A stretch of 64,000 nucleotides of DNA, taken from NCBI RefSeq assembly GCF_009914755.1, contig NC_060932.1. One strand, written 5' to 3'. Under the pieces are notes generated by a model. The model did no database searches. It saw only the letters and a program-made list of their open reading frames with translations, and was not told where the DNA came from. Positions 14,356 to 41,439 of this stretch are shown here, in pieces. How positions within the stretch are numbered: the stretch's first letter is position 1; each line of letters starts with the position of its first letter. The DNA is from the human T2T-CHM13v2.0 reference genome, Homo sapiens. The position numbers and the translations under genes are program-made.

Positions 14356-15363
14356 CTCCTCCCTGCCCTTCATTTTCATCCCCTCCAAGGCCAAACTTCC
14401 TGCAGGGGAGACCACCCTCACATTCCACGTCCTCCCTCCCACCCGGTCCCTTCCCACTGCTGGCACTCTGCACACAGTGCTCTCCTGAAGGTCATCATGA
14501 CCTCGAATTTGATCACCTGCCAAGCCCAAGGGGCCACTGCTCCATCGTCCCGCCTTCATCTCTGCATGATTCACCATAGCGACAGCCCGCTTCTCCTTGG
14601 ACGTTCCTTTCTCCACTTACATTTGACCCATCTCACTGACTGGTTTCTCCTTCCTGTCTTGCTCCTTAAACACAAGACTTTCTCTAGGATTCCCTGCACC
14701 TTTCCTCGTGCTCCATGACACCCTGTGAGCCTCTGTAGCTCATCATGACTCCTACTAGGAAAGCTGCCCCATCGGTGCCTCTAAGACCAGCCTGTCCCTG
14801 TGGCAGGGGGAGGCCAGGCCTGCTTCCCAATTACATTGTCTCCATCTCCACAGCACAGGTGGTCACAGGCTCGAGCTCAGCACACCTCAGGGGGTGATAC
14901 ACAGTGCCCGCTCACCCACTCTGCCTTTCCCCATCTGCCAGGCGGTGGCCTCTGCCACTGCTCAGCTCAGTGCCGGCTGAGCCACTCCAGTGTTCCCTCC
15001 TTGCCCCGGTGCCCACACTGTTGGCCAGCTGACACCAACAGAGCCCAGTGCCGCCGTGGCCCGCGCCTCTCACCCTCTCCACTCCTACAGCTACAGCCGC
15101 CCCATTGCTTCTTTGTCAACAACTTCCTTTTCGGCGCCACAACCGCCTTTTCCTTTCTACCAATCCCAGTTGGAGCAGACCACACGCAGGCCATGGTATT
15201 CAGTCCCCACTATGTCTGGGGAGCCCCTGGACCCACTGTCCTATAGACACCCACTCATAGGAAATGGTCTCAGCCTCATTTGCAGCAGCTCATGCCTGGA
15301 GTCCTAGTCTTGTCCTAACCATATGGGTTAGAAAGGTGCATTTCAGTACACACACACACACAC

Positions 15364-16712
15364 TTTTTTTTTGAGATAGAGTCTCACTCTGTGGCCCAGG
15401 CTGGACTGCAGTGGCGTGATCTAGGCTCACTGCAACCTCTTCCTCCCCAGTTAAAGCTATTATCTTGCCTCAGCCTCCCAAGTAACCGGGATTACAGGCG
15501 CCCACCACCACGCCAGGTTGAATTTTGTATTTTTAGTAGAGACAGGGTTTCACCATGTTGGCCAGGCTGGTCTCAAACTCCTGACCTCAGGTTATCCACC
15601 TGCCTTGCCTCCCAAAGTGCTGGGATTACAGGCATAAGCCACCACGCCTGGCCCACATTCTTTGATGTTACATATTTTATATATGTGCATATATACACAC
15701 AAGTGCATGAGTATGCTCTTCTACCCTTCTAAATACAAATAAATCCATTATTCAATATTTTCCCATCGTCTATTCTGGAATTGAGGTTTTATTCATTTTT
15801 TCTTAAATCCAGGCCTTCATGAAGGGAAAGTGAGGTTTTTATAAGCTATTGTATGTTTTTTCAAGAGTGGGAGGAGATGACCTTTGAGAAGTTGAGGATT
15901 TTCTCCCAAATTCCTTTGTAGCCTGTAACAGACTGAATTGTGTTCCCTTAAAATTCACATATAAAGCCCTAATGCCCAGTGTGATCTAGCAGAGGAACTG
16001 AGTCAGCCAGCCCTTGATCTTGGACTTCCCAGGCTCCAGAACTATAAGAAATAAGTCTGCTGTTTGAGTCACCTCCCCTAGGGCACATTTCGGCAGCCAG
16101 AGCTGACTCCGGTGTGGCTCTGGCCCTTGTTAACTGTGTGAGCTTAGGCGAGGTCCTCAGCCTCTCTAGACTCTTCCGTTTTCTCATCTATAACTTAAGG
16201 ACAACAAGGTTGAGGACCTGTCTTCATGTGTTGTTTTGTAGATCATGTGCAAGAAGTAAGCGAAGTGGTGAGAACTGGGTGGGGGAGACACAGCCCTCGA
16301 CACAGGGAGAGCACCCCGTGCGGGAGGAGCCTTCAGTACAAGAGACTTGGTCTGCCATCAAGTGGCTCTCTGCACTGTTGACAATTGTCAGTCATTTAAG
16401 ACAGAGGAGGCCGGGCATGGTGACTCATGCCTGTTATCCCAGCATTTTGGGAGGCCAAAGCAAGTGGATCACTTCAGGCCTGCAGTTCGAGACCACCTGG
16501 GACAACATGGTGAGTCTCCCTCTATACAAAAATACAAAAATTAGCCAGGCATAGTGGTGCACACCTGTAGTCCCAGCTACTAGGGCGGCTGAGGTGGAAG
16601 GATCACCTGAGCCTGGGAGGTCAAGGCTGCAGTGAGCCATGGTCACACCACTGTACTCCAGCCTGGGCAACAGAGTGAGACCCTGTCTCAAAAAAAAAAA
16701 AAAAAAAAAAGA
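15364..16712. mobile_element. Alu (minus, ~15364-15653), MLT1-like MaLR LTR fragment (~15925-16110), MIR-like fragment (~16110-16260), Alu (plus, ~16409-16712)
   Basis: Recognisable Alu dimers. tgtaacagactgaattgtgttccc...ttggacttcccaggctccagaactataagaaataa is MaLR-like. Confidence 0.75.
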
Positions 16713-16959
16713 GAAGAATAAAGGAAAGCCAGAAATATCAGCCAGTGTTTTCAGCTTCACTCTCACAAATCTCTGTGCAGACATCGTGGTGACAGAGGTC
16801 AAGTCCATCTCTGTTCAGCTGGGGCAGAGGAGCAGGTGTGCGCTCACCTCCTCTCACTGCTACTTTTATGTAGATTCCTCAGCTAACCCAGTAAGCCCTG
16901 GAGGCCACCTCCATGAATAGTTGGGTATTTAAAGACCTTTTACTACCAAATAAAGACAA

Positions 16960-18036
16960 AAACAGCGAGTAACAGTGAGCTTTATTTTCATGTCACCGCT
17001 CTAGGTTCATTCACCTGTTGCCAACAACATGAGGGAGTTTCTCCACAGCCCTTGATTCCTGAATTGTTCAACAAATCAACAGTCACCAATACATTGACTT
17101 AAGGAGTAAACAAGCAGCTTTTCTCTACACACCACCGGGCACCCCAGGAAGGCGCAGCTCCCTGCTCCACCCCCGCCTCTTGGTGCCTGTATCCAGCAGA
17201 AGGACCCAGCAGGAGGCTGAATCCAAGCACTGCTCTCAGGCCACTCTATCCTCATCCCTGGATCCTCCAGGGAACAAGATAAAAAAAAAAAAATCCTGTT
17301 TTCCTGCTTTCCAAAATGGAGGGCCTTAACATCAACCAAAGTTACAAAACAAAAACAAAACACAGGAGCTAGCTGGGCGCGGTGGCTCACACCCGTGGTC
17401 CCAACATTTTGGGAGACCAAGGTGGGAGGAATGCTTGAGTTGTAGGAGTTCAAACCAGCCTGGCAAATATGGCAAGACCCCATCTCTCTAAAAAGTAAAC
17501 AAAAATCAGCCGAGCATCATATCACATGCCTGTAGTCCCAGCTACTCTGGAGGCTGAGATGAAGACTGCTTGAGCCAGGGAGGGCAAGGCTGCCGTGAGC
17601 CAAGATCACACCACCACACCCTAGCCAGGGAGACAGAGCAAGACTCTCTCTCAAAACAAACAACCAAAAAAAAAAAAAAAAACCCACATCATCTGCAAAG
17701 CTATGTTGGGAGCACAGCCATTTCCCATAGGCTTTCTTTTTCCTTGCCCCATTGCCTTCCGGGAAGTTTTCCCCTTACCCATCATCACGATTTTTCCCAT
17801 CTTTCACGATGGTGCAATTCAACAGGATGAATTAACTGAACTAGAAAAGGATAAAAAAAATCTAACCCTATGAAAACTCTGCCTTCAACATAACTCCAGG
17901 GAGATGAATATTATACTACTGGCACCTCTGACCCACACTATCCTCTGTACCCCGTCCCTGCCCACATCCTCCTTTCTGGACACTTAGACGTCAGGTTCCC
18001 CAACGGCAAGGTTCCATGAGGAGCACCACCAGCTCC
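16960..18036 (-). other. NEIL2: NEIL2 3'UTR (contains an antisense Alu at ~17371-17680)
   Basis: Follows TAA at 18037. AATAAA (minus) at 16981-16986. Cleavage site approximate. Confidence 0.8.
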
Positions 18037-18347
18037 TTAGGAGAACTGGCACTGCTCTGGCTCCTCTGACAACTGGGGCTGGCACTGCGGGCACCACCAG
18101 GTGAGCCTCTGTAACCCATCTTCGGGCCCAAACGCCTCCTTCATGACCTGGTGGCCAGCAGGGCACTGTTCTTTCTGGTAGACCTGTGTGTGCTGCGGTC
18201 TGCCTTGGAACTTGCCCTGCAGCCAGGCTGTACTGAACTCCACCACGTGATCCACCAGGACCTCCCGACGCGAGGCACTCAGGACTGAACCGAGAGAAAG
18301 GGGATGGATCCCAGCTCTGTACAAGGCTTCATTCTTAATGATGTTCC
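18037..18347 (-). CDS. NEIL2: NEIL2 last coding exon (H2TH end, CHCC zinc finger CPAGH...CPQC, stop)
   Basis: Acceptor TTTCAG|GG, 311 nt. The four exons sum to 138+353+197+311 = 999 nt = 332 aa plus stop. Confidence 0.97.
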
Positions 18348-18822
18348 CTGAAATAAAGCAGGGGAAGGTAAGGGAAGGACAAAGGACACATGGCATGATG
18401 AAACCACCCACAAAGTTAACAAGGCAGAAATCAGCTCTTCCATGTCCTGGGGGACCCTAGACGGGTCTGCGATCTCTGACTCCATTTCTCTGTCTGTAAA
18501 ATGGAGTTGACAATTCCTACCTTTAAGGTTGCTGTGAAGATGAAATGAAACTCATGCATGGCCCGTCATGGCAAACAGGCTATCAAAAACGGATCGGGCA
18601 TCTGACTGCCTGCACTTGAATCGCAGCTCAAGCAGATCCTACCCACGTGACCCTGACAAGCTCCTCAGCCTCAATTAGCTGCAGTTTCCTTATCTGTAAT
18701 GCAGGGATGGCTTACCTGGTTTTTGTGAGCATTAAATGAGAATTCACCAAAAGACGCTGAGCACAGTGGCTGGTATGTAGAGTACTCAATAAGTATTAAC
18801 TGTTGTTATTATTTAAAATGTT

Positions 18823-19492
<670 letters not shown>

Positions 19493-20910
19493 TTATTATT
19501 TTTCTACTCCTGCCTCATTCTCTGTGAAGCCAGCCTCGATCCCTCCTTCCAGAATCAGTAACTCTCTTGGGAATGTTCCAACCATACTCTTTCAGCTCCA
19601 CCAGGCATTCATTGCAATCTTTAGTAACCCACAGTGGACTGAGTCCATGCTTGCTGGGCCATTATACAATGATCTCCTTAAGGAGAGGTGGTGAGCGTGA
19701 CAGAGCTCAAGTGAGTGTCTGTGTGTTTGGAGTGAGTGGGTGAAGGAAATTCCTGCTGTTTCCAAGAGCCTCATAGTCACACTCCTCATTACACACATCA
19801 GTCTCTCCAGAATTCATTGACAGAACACCTGGATTCACATCTCAGCTGCACCATTTACTAGCGATGTGTTCTCTGCTTCAGTTTCCTCATCTGAAGGAAG
19901 GGAAAAGCACTATAACCATCCTACAGGACAGCAGTAAGGACAAGAACATGTGCCTGGCACATCAGAGCTGCTTGGAAAACACTGGCCGTTATTAATTACT
20001 ACTGTTACTGTTAGCTCTTGCCATATATACCCAAAAAGCCACTTCCGACGGCTCTTCGCTCCTGAGTGCACAGGGACTCCCATGGTCCTAACATGAAAAT
20101 GCAAGGCAAGTGCCTGCTGTACCACCTGGCCTCCTCCGACCCTCGTGAAGGGTGGTGAGCAGGCAGCAAGGCCACATGTTGGATATGGAGATGACTCTGT
20201 CACCACCAACCTGCCTGATTGCTTCAGCAACCAATTTTGGGCACAATTATTCCCCTACTGTGAGTAATAAGAACGCCACGCTGTCATAGTCCCGCTAATT
20301 AGCTGTTATATGTATTTTTGAAATTGTTCAGCACTTCTCCCTATCCTGAAATGCTCACAGTTTCACTGCTCACGCCACTGCAATAGAGAGAGGGAAACAG
20401 CTTCTTCACTCACGTCGCATAAGAACCCAGTGTAGACTGAGTCATCTCTGTGCCCTGGCCAGGGCAGGAAGCTCCATCCACCCAAGAGCAGCATCCCTTA
20501 GAACACGCGCTCACTGCTCTGTTAGCAGCCTGCACGACTTCAGTTCCTACAGACACAGGTCAGGCACCTCCTACGTGCAGGCGCTGCACTGTGCAGTGGA
20601 GGGTACAGAGGTGCCGGAGACATGACCCCACCCTTTAGGAGGTGATGCTCCAACGCTGCTGGCAGAGGGCTCACAACTGATAACACAGTTAGGGTGTGGA
20701 TTCTGAAGCAGAGAGACAAGTTAAAAACTGCCTGATCTAATGCCCTCAGTCTAAAAACAAGGGAAGTAAAAGAAAGGAGATTGAGCAAGTGGCACCTCAA
20801 AACCAACAGCACTGGCACAACTAGGGTGGCCCTCAGGTCTTCTGACTCCCACAGGACCGACTTTTCCATGAAGCAACTCTGTGGACTCACCCCTTTCCCA
20901 TGAGTCATAC

Positions 20911-21107
20911 CTAGCCCTGAGAAGTATCTCTGGTCCAGCAGTGTATAGCAGACAGGCTGAGCCTGGCCTAGAGCTTCTAAGGCTTGTCCTCGATGGAACT
21001 TCTCAGACAGGATGTCACAGGTGGGTGTGACCACCGGGGAAGAGCTCCAAGACAACTGACAATTATAAAATGCCAGGAAGCCACCACCACCAAAGTGCAG
21101 GACCAAC
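20911..21107 (-). CDS. NEIL2: NEIL2 third coding exon ([16 protein letters not shown]...RYFSGL)
   Basis: Acceptor TTCCCAG|G, donor TAG|GTATGA, 197 nt, frame continuous with neighbouring exons. Confidence 0.97.
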
Positions 21108-21134
21108 CTGGGAAGAAAGAACAGGTCATATGTA

Positions 21135-21582
21135 CACATCGTTACCACAGTATAGTCAGAGCACACCCTGTGGCTGGGTCATACACACATACACACATCC
21201 CCACATCGTTACCACAACATAGAGCACACTCTGTGGCTGGATCATACACACATACAGACATCCCCACATCGTTACCACAGTATAGTCAGAGCACACTCTG
21301 TGGCTGGATCATGCACACATACACACATCCCCACATCATTACCACAACATAGTCAGAGGACACTCTGTGGCTGGATCATACACACATACACACATCCCCA
21401 CATCGTTACCACAACATAGAGCACACTCTGTGGCTGGATCATACACACATACACACATCCCCACATCGTTACAATATAGTCCAAGCACACTCTGTGGCTG
21501 GATCATACACACATACACACATCCCCACATCGTTACCACAACATAGTCAGAGCACACTCTGTGGCTGGATCATACACACATA

Positions 21583-21592
<10 letters not shown>
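21135..21592. repeat. Minisatellite, 7 copies of a 63-67-bp unit
   Basis: Units start at 21135, 21202, 21265, 21332, 21399, 21462 and 21526. Consensus cacatcgttaccacaacatagtcagagcacactctgtggctggatcatacacacatacacacatccc. Confidence 0.97.
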
Positions 21593-23926
<2,334 letters not shown>

Positions 23927-24357
23927 ACTCATCAAGCTGAATACTTAAGATCTGCATTCTACTGAATGTTAATTATATCTCAATAAAAAATAAACACACA
24001 AACAATATACTTAAAATAAAACTGGGAAAATCTTCTCCCTAAATTCAAAGCACACTAGTCAGGAGTCAGGCAATAAAATGTTCTTCAGGGACAGTCCCCC
24101 CTCAAGTGCCACATTTGCTGGGAAAATTCTCCCCTTCTCCCAGCCACCTCTTGGTGCACAACCCTCTCCTGCATGCAGACCACAGTCTACTTCCTATCAC
24201 AGGTAGATACAGAGGTGGCCTCTCTCCCCAAGACAGCAGGGCCCTGGGGGGCAGACTGGACGTCCTCAGTATGTCCCCACTGCTGAAGTCCCAAACCCCA
24301 CCAAGCAGGGCCCTATGACTATCAGAGCCCACGAAAATCAGATGGCCACACCATTAC

Positions 24358-24710
24358 CTCGGGGAAGGGTCCCTCCAGTCCCCCCTCTTGTTGGCTTTCT
24401 TGGCTCTGGAGAAATCGTTCACCCAAACGCTGCCAAACAAACCAAAGCTGACACGCAGCCACCTCCCAGCATCTCCTGCAGGGGCGTCTCTCTCCAAATA
24501 CTCAGAATCATCCTCGCCCTGGGGGACGAGCTCTGCAGACCGTGAGGATCCATCAAGGGTCTTCTGCCCGCTGGGCTCCCCGACCTGCTTTGGGTCCGCA
24601 GCCCCTTCCTTCTGCACTTCTTTTTGTGGAGGCTCTGGTGTTGGGCTGCTGCCAGGGGGCCCCATTTCTTCATCTAGATCAAATCTAAGGAATAATTTCT
24701 TTCCATGGAC
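24358..24710 (-). CDS. NEIL2: NEIL2 second coding exon (VHGKKLFLRF...WRDPSP)
   Basis: Acceptor TTTTCTAG|GTC, donor GAG|GTAATG, 353 nt. Carries the Fpg/Nei GK motif. Confidence 0.97.
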
Positions 24711-25326
24711 CTAGAAAAAATGAACAGAGATCCAAGCCTTACAGACCCAGAGAGGGGAACTGGGGAATGCGGATATTTATCCTATTGCAAAGGTCTTCCT
24801 TCTCACCCCTCCTGGGGGGCCTTCCCAAATGAAGTCTTTGGACTCTGCCTTTTGCTCTTTTGCTCCAGTGGTGTGAGCAGTTCGCATGTGGTTTTCAAAG
24901 TGACTGGGAGCAAGGAGACTTAGTTGGCAGTGCAACACACCCATGCTAGATGGCAAGGCCACCCTGGAATACCTGAAGGGAATCGCTCCCAATTTTTTCA
25001 TGCAGTAGCTAAGAAATGAACATAAGTTGTCATTCCTTCATTCCATTCGTAATACATTTTCTATGCCAGAAATAAGCGGTGCGTGGGAATGCACACATAC
25101 AGAGCAGCTAAAGACAACACCCTGTGAAACTGGGTACCCCTCGCTACCCCCTCCACCAGCATATTGGACTTGATAAGGAAACTGTAATCAATAAAAATTA
25201 GATACTGAAACAAAAATTGATCAGTGAATCAGATCACCACTCTAAAAAGTATAAGGCAAAGGACCCACCTCATCTCACTGAAAATGATTTCAGTAGAAGA
25301 AAATAAATATAGAAAATGTGTGTTAA

Positions 25327-25674
<348 letters not shown>

Positions 25675-26319
25675 TGATATGCAATATGTAGGCCTAGATT
25701 CCAGGATGAGTCAGTTCTACACAGCCTGAAATTCAGGCAGTCTTTCAAGGAGTATAAACCAAAATATCTGGCATTAATACTGGAAATGCCTGTGTTACTT
25801 TCTTGACCACTACAGGTCCGTGCTTAAAGATCACTGTTCTGGTATGATCTTTAACTTGTTAATTAGTACACAAATTAATCTTGAAGTCCTCCACCCAAAA
25901 GAGCATTACCTTTCGAAATAATCCCAGAATAGCTTATCTGTAAATCTGAGCACAGATTGTTATCTGCCACATATTAGAAATGGTTTAACTGACCTACATA
26001 AAAAAAAAAAAAAAAACTGAGCAAGGATTTAAGTGGGCATAATAGAATTTGCTGCAGAAAATATTTCTTGGTATAAACTCACCAATGTTGATATAATTCT
26101 GATGAAAATAACTGTCAAATGCCCATCATGAACAAAACATTTACTAGGTCAAAAATGTCTAGGTCAGGATGTCCTCATACCAACTATGGCAATTTCTGCT
26201 GTCCCTCTTTTGGGTTCCTGTGACACTGCAGCCACTTCAATTCACTGATCATTAATTAAGCTTATTCAATGTGCCTGGCAGTGTGCTAGGCTCCAAGGGC
26301 AAACAGATGAATAAGGCTC

Positions 26320-27895
26320 TGCAATGCTTTCAATGTGTTCCTCAAAAAGTATGTGTTGGAAACTTAATCCCCAATGGAACAGTGGTAAGAGATGGCAACT
26401 TTGAGATTAGGCCATAGAGCTCTGGCCTCCTGAATGGAATAATGCCAATTGCAAATGACACGGCAAGATGCCAATGCCATGCCCTTGGACTTTCCAGGCT
26501 CCAGAACTGTGAGCTAAATAGACTTACATTGCTTATAAATTATGCAGTCTCAAATATTCTGTAATAGCAGCAAAATTAGATTACAACAATCTCCAATCTT
26601 CCCTTATCTATAACATGGGTGAACTTTGAGGACTTTATACTAAGTGAAATAAGCCAGTCAAAAAAACTCCAAATACTGTATAATTCCACTGATATGAGGT
26701 ATCTGGGGAAGTAAAATTCATCGAGACAGAAAGTAGAAAGGTGATTGCCAGGGGCTGCAGGGAGGGAGGAAAGGGGGAGTTAGCGTTCAACAGGTATGGA
26801 GTCTCAGCTTGGGGAGATAAAAAAGTTCAGGGAAACTGTTAGACAACGTGAATACACTTAACATGACTGAACTATATACTTTAAAATGGTTAAGACAGTA
26901 AATTTTGTTATGTGTTTTTCATCACAATTTTAAAAATTTTTAAAAGGCGGTGGGGGTGGGAGGGGGACAACTGTGAAAACAGATACTACAAGAGCACAGA
27001 GAAAAGTGTGGCTAGGCCAGGCACAGTGGCTCATGCCTGTAATCCCTGCACTTTGGGAGGCTGAGACGAGAGGATTGCTTGAGCCCAGGAGATCGAGACC
27101 AGCCTGGGTAACAAAGTGAAACGCCCATCTGTACAAAAAAAAAAGAAAAGAAAAGTGTGGGTAGAAGCAGACGTAGCACACGGAAGAAGAGTCTACATGA
27201 TGAGGGGAAGCTGGCCGTTACCTGGGCTGGGCTTCACAAGAAGAGTGGAGGGCAGAGGAGACAGGGTGTGCCCAGCTGAGGGGACATACCTGAAGGCAGA
27301 GGTGGAAACCCTACACTGGAACAGGGGCTCCTGGTCAGACACAGCAGCCAGGGCGTGCGCTGTTAGCACTACTCCCAACAAACCCGCTATAGGAACCAAA
27401 GAGCTCTCAACTCTCAGGACCAAGAGGAGGAGCAGACAGGAGATACAAAGTCCCCCCAGAAGATGAGGAACAGGCACAGGAAGGGTAACTGATGAGGGAG
27501 AGCAGAGACCCCTGCTGCAGCAGAGGGGAGCCCCAAGGAAGAGAGAACCCAGGGGACCTACCCATCGTGACCCCAGGTGACCTGGAGATGGGGAGGCCCC
27601 AGGTGCTGTGGCAAGAGGTTAAAAATGGAAGGATTGGTCCTCATACACTGCTGGTGGGATGATAAAATGGTGCAGCTGCCTTGGAAAACACTACAGAAGA
27701 CACTAAAAAAGTTCAACATACTATATGGTCCAGCAATTCCACTCCTAGGAATACTCTCAAGAGAAATGGAAACATACGTCTACACCAATACTTGCATATG
27801 AATGCCCACAGCAGCATTATCCATAGAAGTCAAAGAGTTGAAACAATCCGAATGTCCAACAACTGATGACTGGACATCACTGACCATAAAATGTG
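26320..27895 (+). mobile_element. MaLR LTR fragment (~26320-26590), old L1M 3' fragments (~26605-26945 and ~27620-27895), Alu monomer (~27015-27150)
   Basis: Typical L1 3' motifs (taagtgaaataagccagtca; ccagcaattccactcctagg) and MaLR motifs. Boundaries approximate. Confidence 0.7.
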
Positions 27896-30380
<2,485 letters not shown>

Positions 30381-32075
30381 GAAGGGGAGAGTAGAAGGAG
30401 CTTGGTTTCCAATGTTGCTCCTATACCACCCTGGACTGTTCCATTACTGGAGGAGGAGAAAACCATGAGCTAGAGTAGCCATTTTTCTGAGTCTGTTATG
30501 AGTAATCCAACACAACTCCTATATAGAAAATGGAGAGCTGACAAGGAAAGGATGTGCCAGACAAACAGATGGCACAGAGTGCAGCCAAGCTCCCTCCTGC
30601 CTCATCAACTCACCCTGCTCACTCCACCTCCATCGGCCCGCCTGTAACTGCTTCTCAAGCCTGAAATGCCCTTTCCTCCCTCTTCAGTCCACTGAAATCC
30701 TCCAGCCTTCAAGGCCCAACTCAAGTCCTACCTCCTGCACATCTTCTCCAGGCCACCGGGACCTCTTCCTGTCAGGGTCATTACCTGGGCCTTTATGATG
30801 TGCTCTGCCCTCCCCATTTAGCATAGCTTAATAGTGTGGCCTGTGTCGATACAAGCCGTATGTTCTCAATTCAGTTCTAAGTTCCTAGGGTCAGGGACCC
30901 GCCGACAGGGAGAAGCAGGGAAGGGCGCTCACTTCAAAGCACTGCCAGGCAGCCCCGAAGGTTCCCTGCAACCTTAGGTTCCCTGCAACATGGTTTTCTG
31001 CTTGGTTTACTGGGAAAGCAGCTCCCAGTCCCGTCTACGGGTTCCTTCACCGCACATCCATCTGCCCACCCATCCACTTGGGAAATATTCTCTTACAGCC
31101 AGCTCTGTGGCAGACACCCTGGTAAGTGCTGGGGATCCAGAGACAAGAGACAATTCTGCCCCTGCAAACCTCGAAGGACAGTGTGTACAAAGAGGCCACA
31201 GTCCTGGAGGCCATGGGACCCCGTGCTCTCACCTGTTCCTTGCCAGCCACCTGAGCTTGGGCTAAGTACTCCCTTCTCCGAGCCTCAGTCTCCAAAGGAA
31301 TCAACTATGGGTACAGGGCTACAGGATCTCTTCCAGTTCTAACTAACAACGGTTTTAAAACCTCTGTGTGTGTGTGTTGCGGGGGTGGGGGGTGAGGGCA
31401 AGATGGAAGAAAGGGAACTAGTACTTATGGAGTACCCGTTATGTGCCAGGCATAAACTCTACTTAAAACAACAACTTTAAGAGGTCAATGGCTTATCTCC
31501 ATTCTACAATAGAAGAAAGAGCTATGAGATGAACATGCTTAAGAGCACACGGCTAAGCAGCAGCAGAGCGCGTGAGCTCATCCACAGGCACCACCCGTGC
31601 TTCCTACGTGCCGGCACTCAGCTAAGTGCTGGGGGCACAATACTGGCGAGGAGCAGCCCCTGCCCTCTGCATCTGTCCTCTCCCCTCAACAAGCAGAACA
31701 ACTCAGTAAAAAGGGAAGAACAGGAGGAAGTACATGATGTCCTGGAAGCACAGAGATGGAGTCTCCTTCCCACCTAAAGCAGACAGGGCAGGCTTCTCTG
31801 AGGATGCAATGGCCAAGTGGAAGCTGGAAGACCAGGAATTACCATTATAAATTGAGGGAACAGGGGCAGAGTTGGGAGAAAAAGGAAGAAGTGCTTGAGC
31901 AGGGGGCAGCAAGTGAAAACCACGGACAGAAACACTAAGAAGAGCCAAAGGCAGTTTCATCGATCAGAAGACAGGTTTGGGGCAGGATAAGAAGGCTAGA
32001 GAGGGAGGCAGTGGTGAGAAAACAGGGAGCTCCGTGAGCCCCTGGAAGGATGAGCTGGTTTGAACCTAGATCTGA

Positions 32076-32384
<309 letters not shown>

Positions 32385-32721
32385 GGTTCTGCTCTGTCCT
32401 TAATTCTCCACTGGCTCAGGGGAATAGAACACAGTTCCCAGCCAAAGGAGCCCATCAGCTGCGGCCGGAGAGAATAGGAGCACTCCAGACCCTCTGAATC
32501 GGGGTCTCCAGCTCATCCACACGTGTTCTTTACAGTTCTACAGTCCACAGCGATATCTACTTCTGGCTGAGACACGTGAGACTGAAAGAGGGAGCTGCAT
32601 GGAGTCCGAGCTTGGTGGTTCCGGACTCAGGGAAGTGACACCCTGAGACATATGGGGATAGATCCTAGGGGAGGCGCAGGATGGGCGACAGAGCCAACCC
32701 TTCAGAGGAGTATTACCTCAC

Positions 32722-32859
32722 CTGGGTGTCCTGGAGCCACAGAGACTGCAGGCTGGCGGGCTGTAGCTTCTTACTGCTGCCCCCTGTCTTGACCACCTGC
32801 TGACCCACAAAGGGGGAGACCAAATGGTGAAATTTCCTCACCAACGGCCCTTCTGGCAT
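32722..32859 (-). CDS. NEIL2: NEIL2 first coding exon ([10 protein letters not shown]...WLQDTQ)
   Basis: Acceptor CCACAG|GGATG, ATG at 32859, catalytic N-terminal PEG motif of Fpg/Nei glycosylases, donor CAG|GTGAGG, 138 nt. Confidence 0.97.
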
Positions 32860-34099
32860 CCCTGTGGGCAGAAATGGGCAAAAGAGGCCACCGACTTAGC
32901 TCATTTATCTCTAGCATCTTTAACAGGTGCCAAGCATCCTCCATGCCGCCATTTTTGCTGCCAACTAACTTTAAGAGCAAGCATGGCCAAAAAGGGAGTG
33001 TGGCTGGGAGGCGGTCAGATCATAGAGAAGAGCAGCTGTGGCAGGGTGTGGGAAACGTAGCAGGAAAGGCAGCCCCTCTTACCTTTCTTCATGCAGCAAA
33101 CACTTATTAAGCACCAACAGTGTGCTAGGCAGCACATCATGGGCACCATCCACTTTATTCCTGAGCAGCACCTGCCACACCAGGAGCTGGCCTTTGTTAC
33201 TTTTTGCCTGGACTGTGAACCTCTAACACCTCCTGACTTTCTCTGTCCCCCTGCTCCCGCTCTCAAAAAACAGCCATTCTGACCCACTGCTGCCGACTTA
33301 TTTCCCACTTTTGAAGGGACCAGATGCCGCCCTCCAGGACCGCCGACCACTAGCGTGGGGGAGGTGTGCATGAAACGACCAACACGCAGACAGAGCTCAG
33401 AATCATAAGTGAGACCCCCAGCCACGTAGGTAAGCCCGGCATAGCTACAGACAGTTATCTCTGATCCCCGAGAAACAGCTGTGGTTCTGTTCTAATCACC
33501 ACGCAGGGCTCCCAGGGCCACCTCTACTCTCCCTGCCCCCAAATCATCCCAGTCCACTGACAGCCGCCTACATGAGGCAGTCTGAGTGGTGTACACCCGG
33601 GCTGTTCGGGCAGAGGAGACTCCCAGCCTCACCCGGGGCAGCTGCCTAACCACATGTTCCTGCACCAGCCTCTCTATAAGTTATGAGGAAAATCGAAAAG
33701 AACTAAGTAGATATCGGGCAGGGGGTAGCTATTATATTTCAGTGATTCTAAAAAACATTTTAGAATACTTTTAAAATCTAAGAAATGGTGACGGCTCACA
33801 ATCTCGGCATTCTCATATTCGGCAGCAGCACATTCAATAACGCGCATCTTACACTCGCTGGTGCCGATTCGCTGAGATGTACTATTTCCCCTCATCAGGC
33901 TTTCCAGACACTCCCCAGGGAATCCTGACAAAACCGCCAGGCTGGAAGGAGACGTGCCAAACGCTGCTGACCTTAACCAGTTGGATGCCTGATCCTCTTC
34001 TACGGGGAAGCTTCTGGAAAAGCCTTCATCTGAAATGCACCAAGTCCTGAAAATCTCCGGACACGTGGGCATGTTTCGTTTAGGGATTTTTATGGAGAT

Positions 34100-41439
<7,340 letters not shown>

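Noticed and set aside
17371-17680. Inverted-Alu duplex in the NEIL2 3'UTR
   Set aside because: Only one Alu lies before the poly(A) signal. The nearest opposite Alu (~15364) needs read-through.
20540-21166. 208-aa ORF
   Set aside because: A NEIL2 exon plus chance open intron sequence on both sides.
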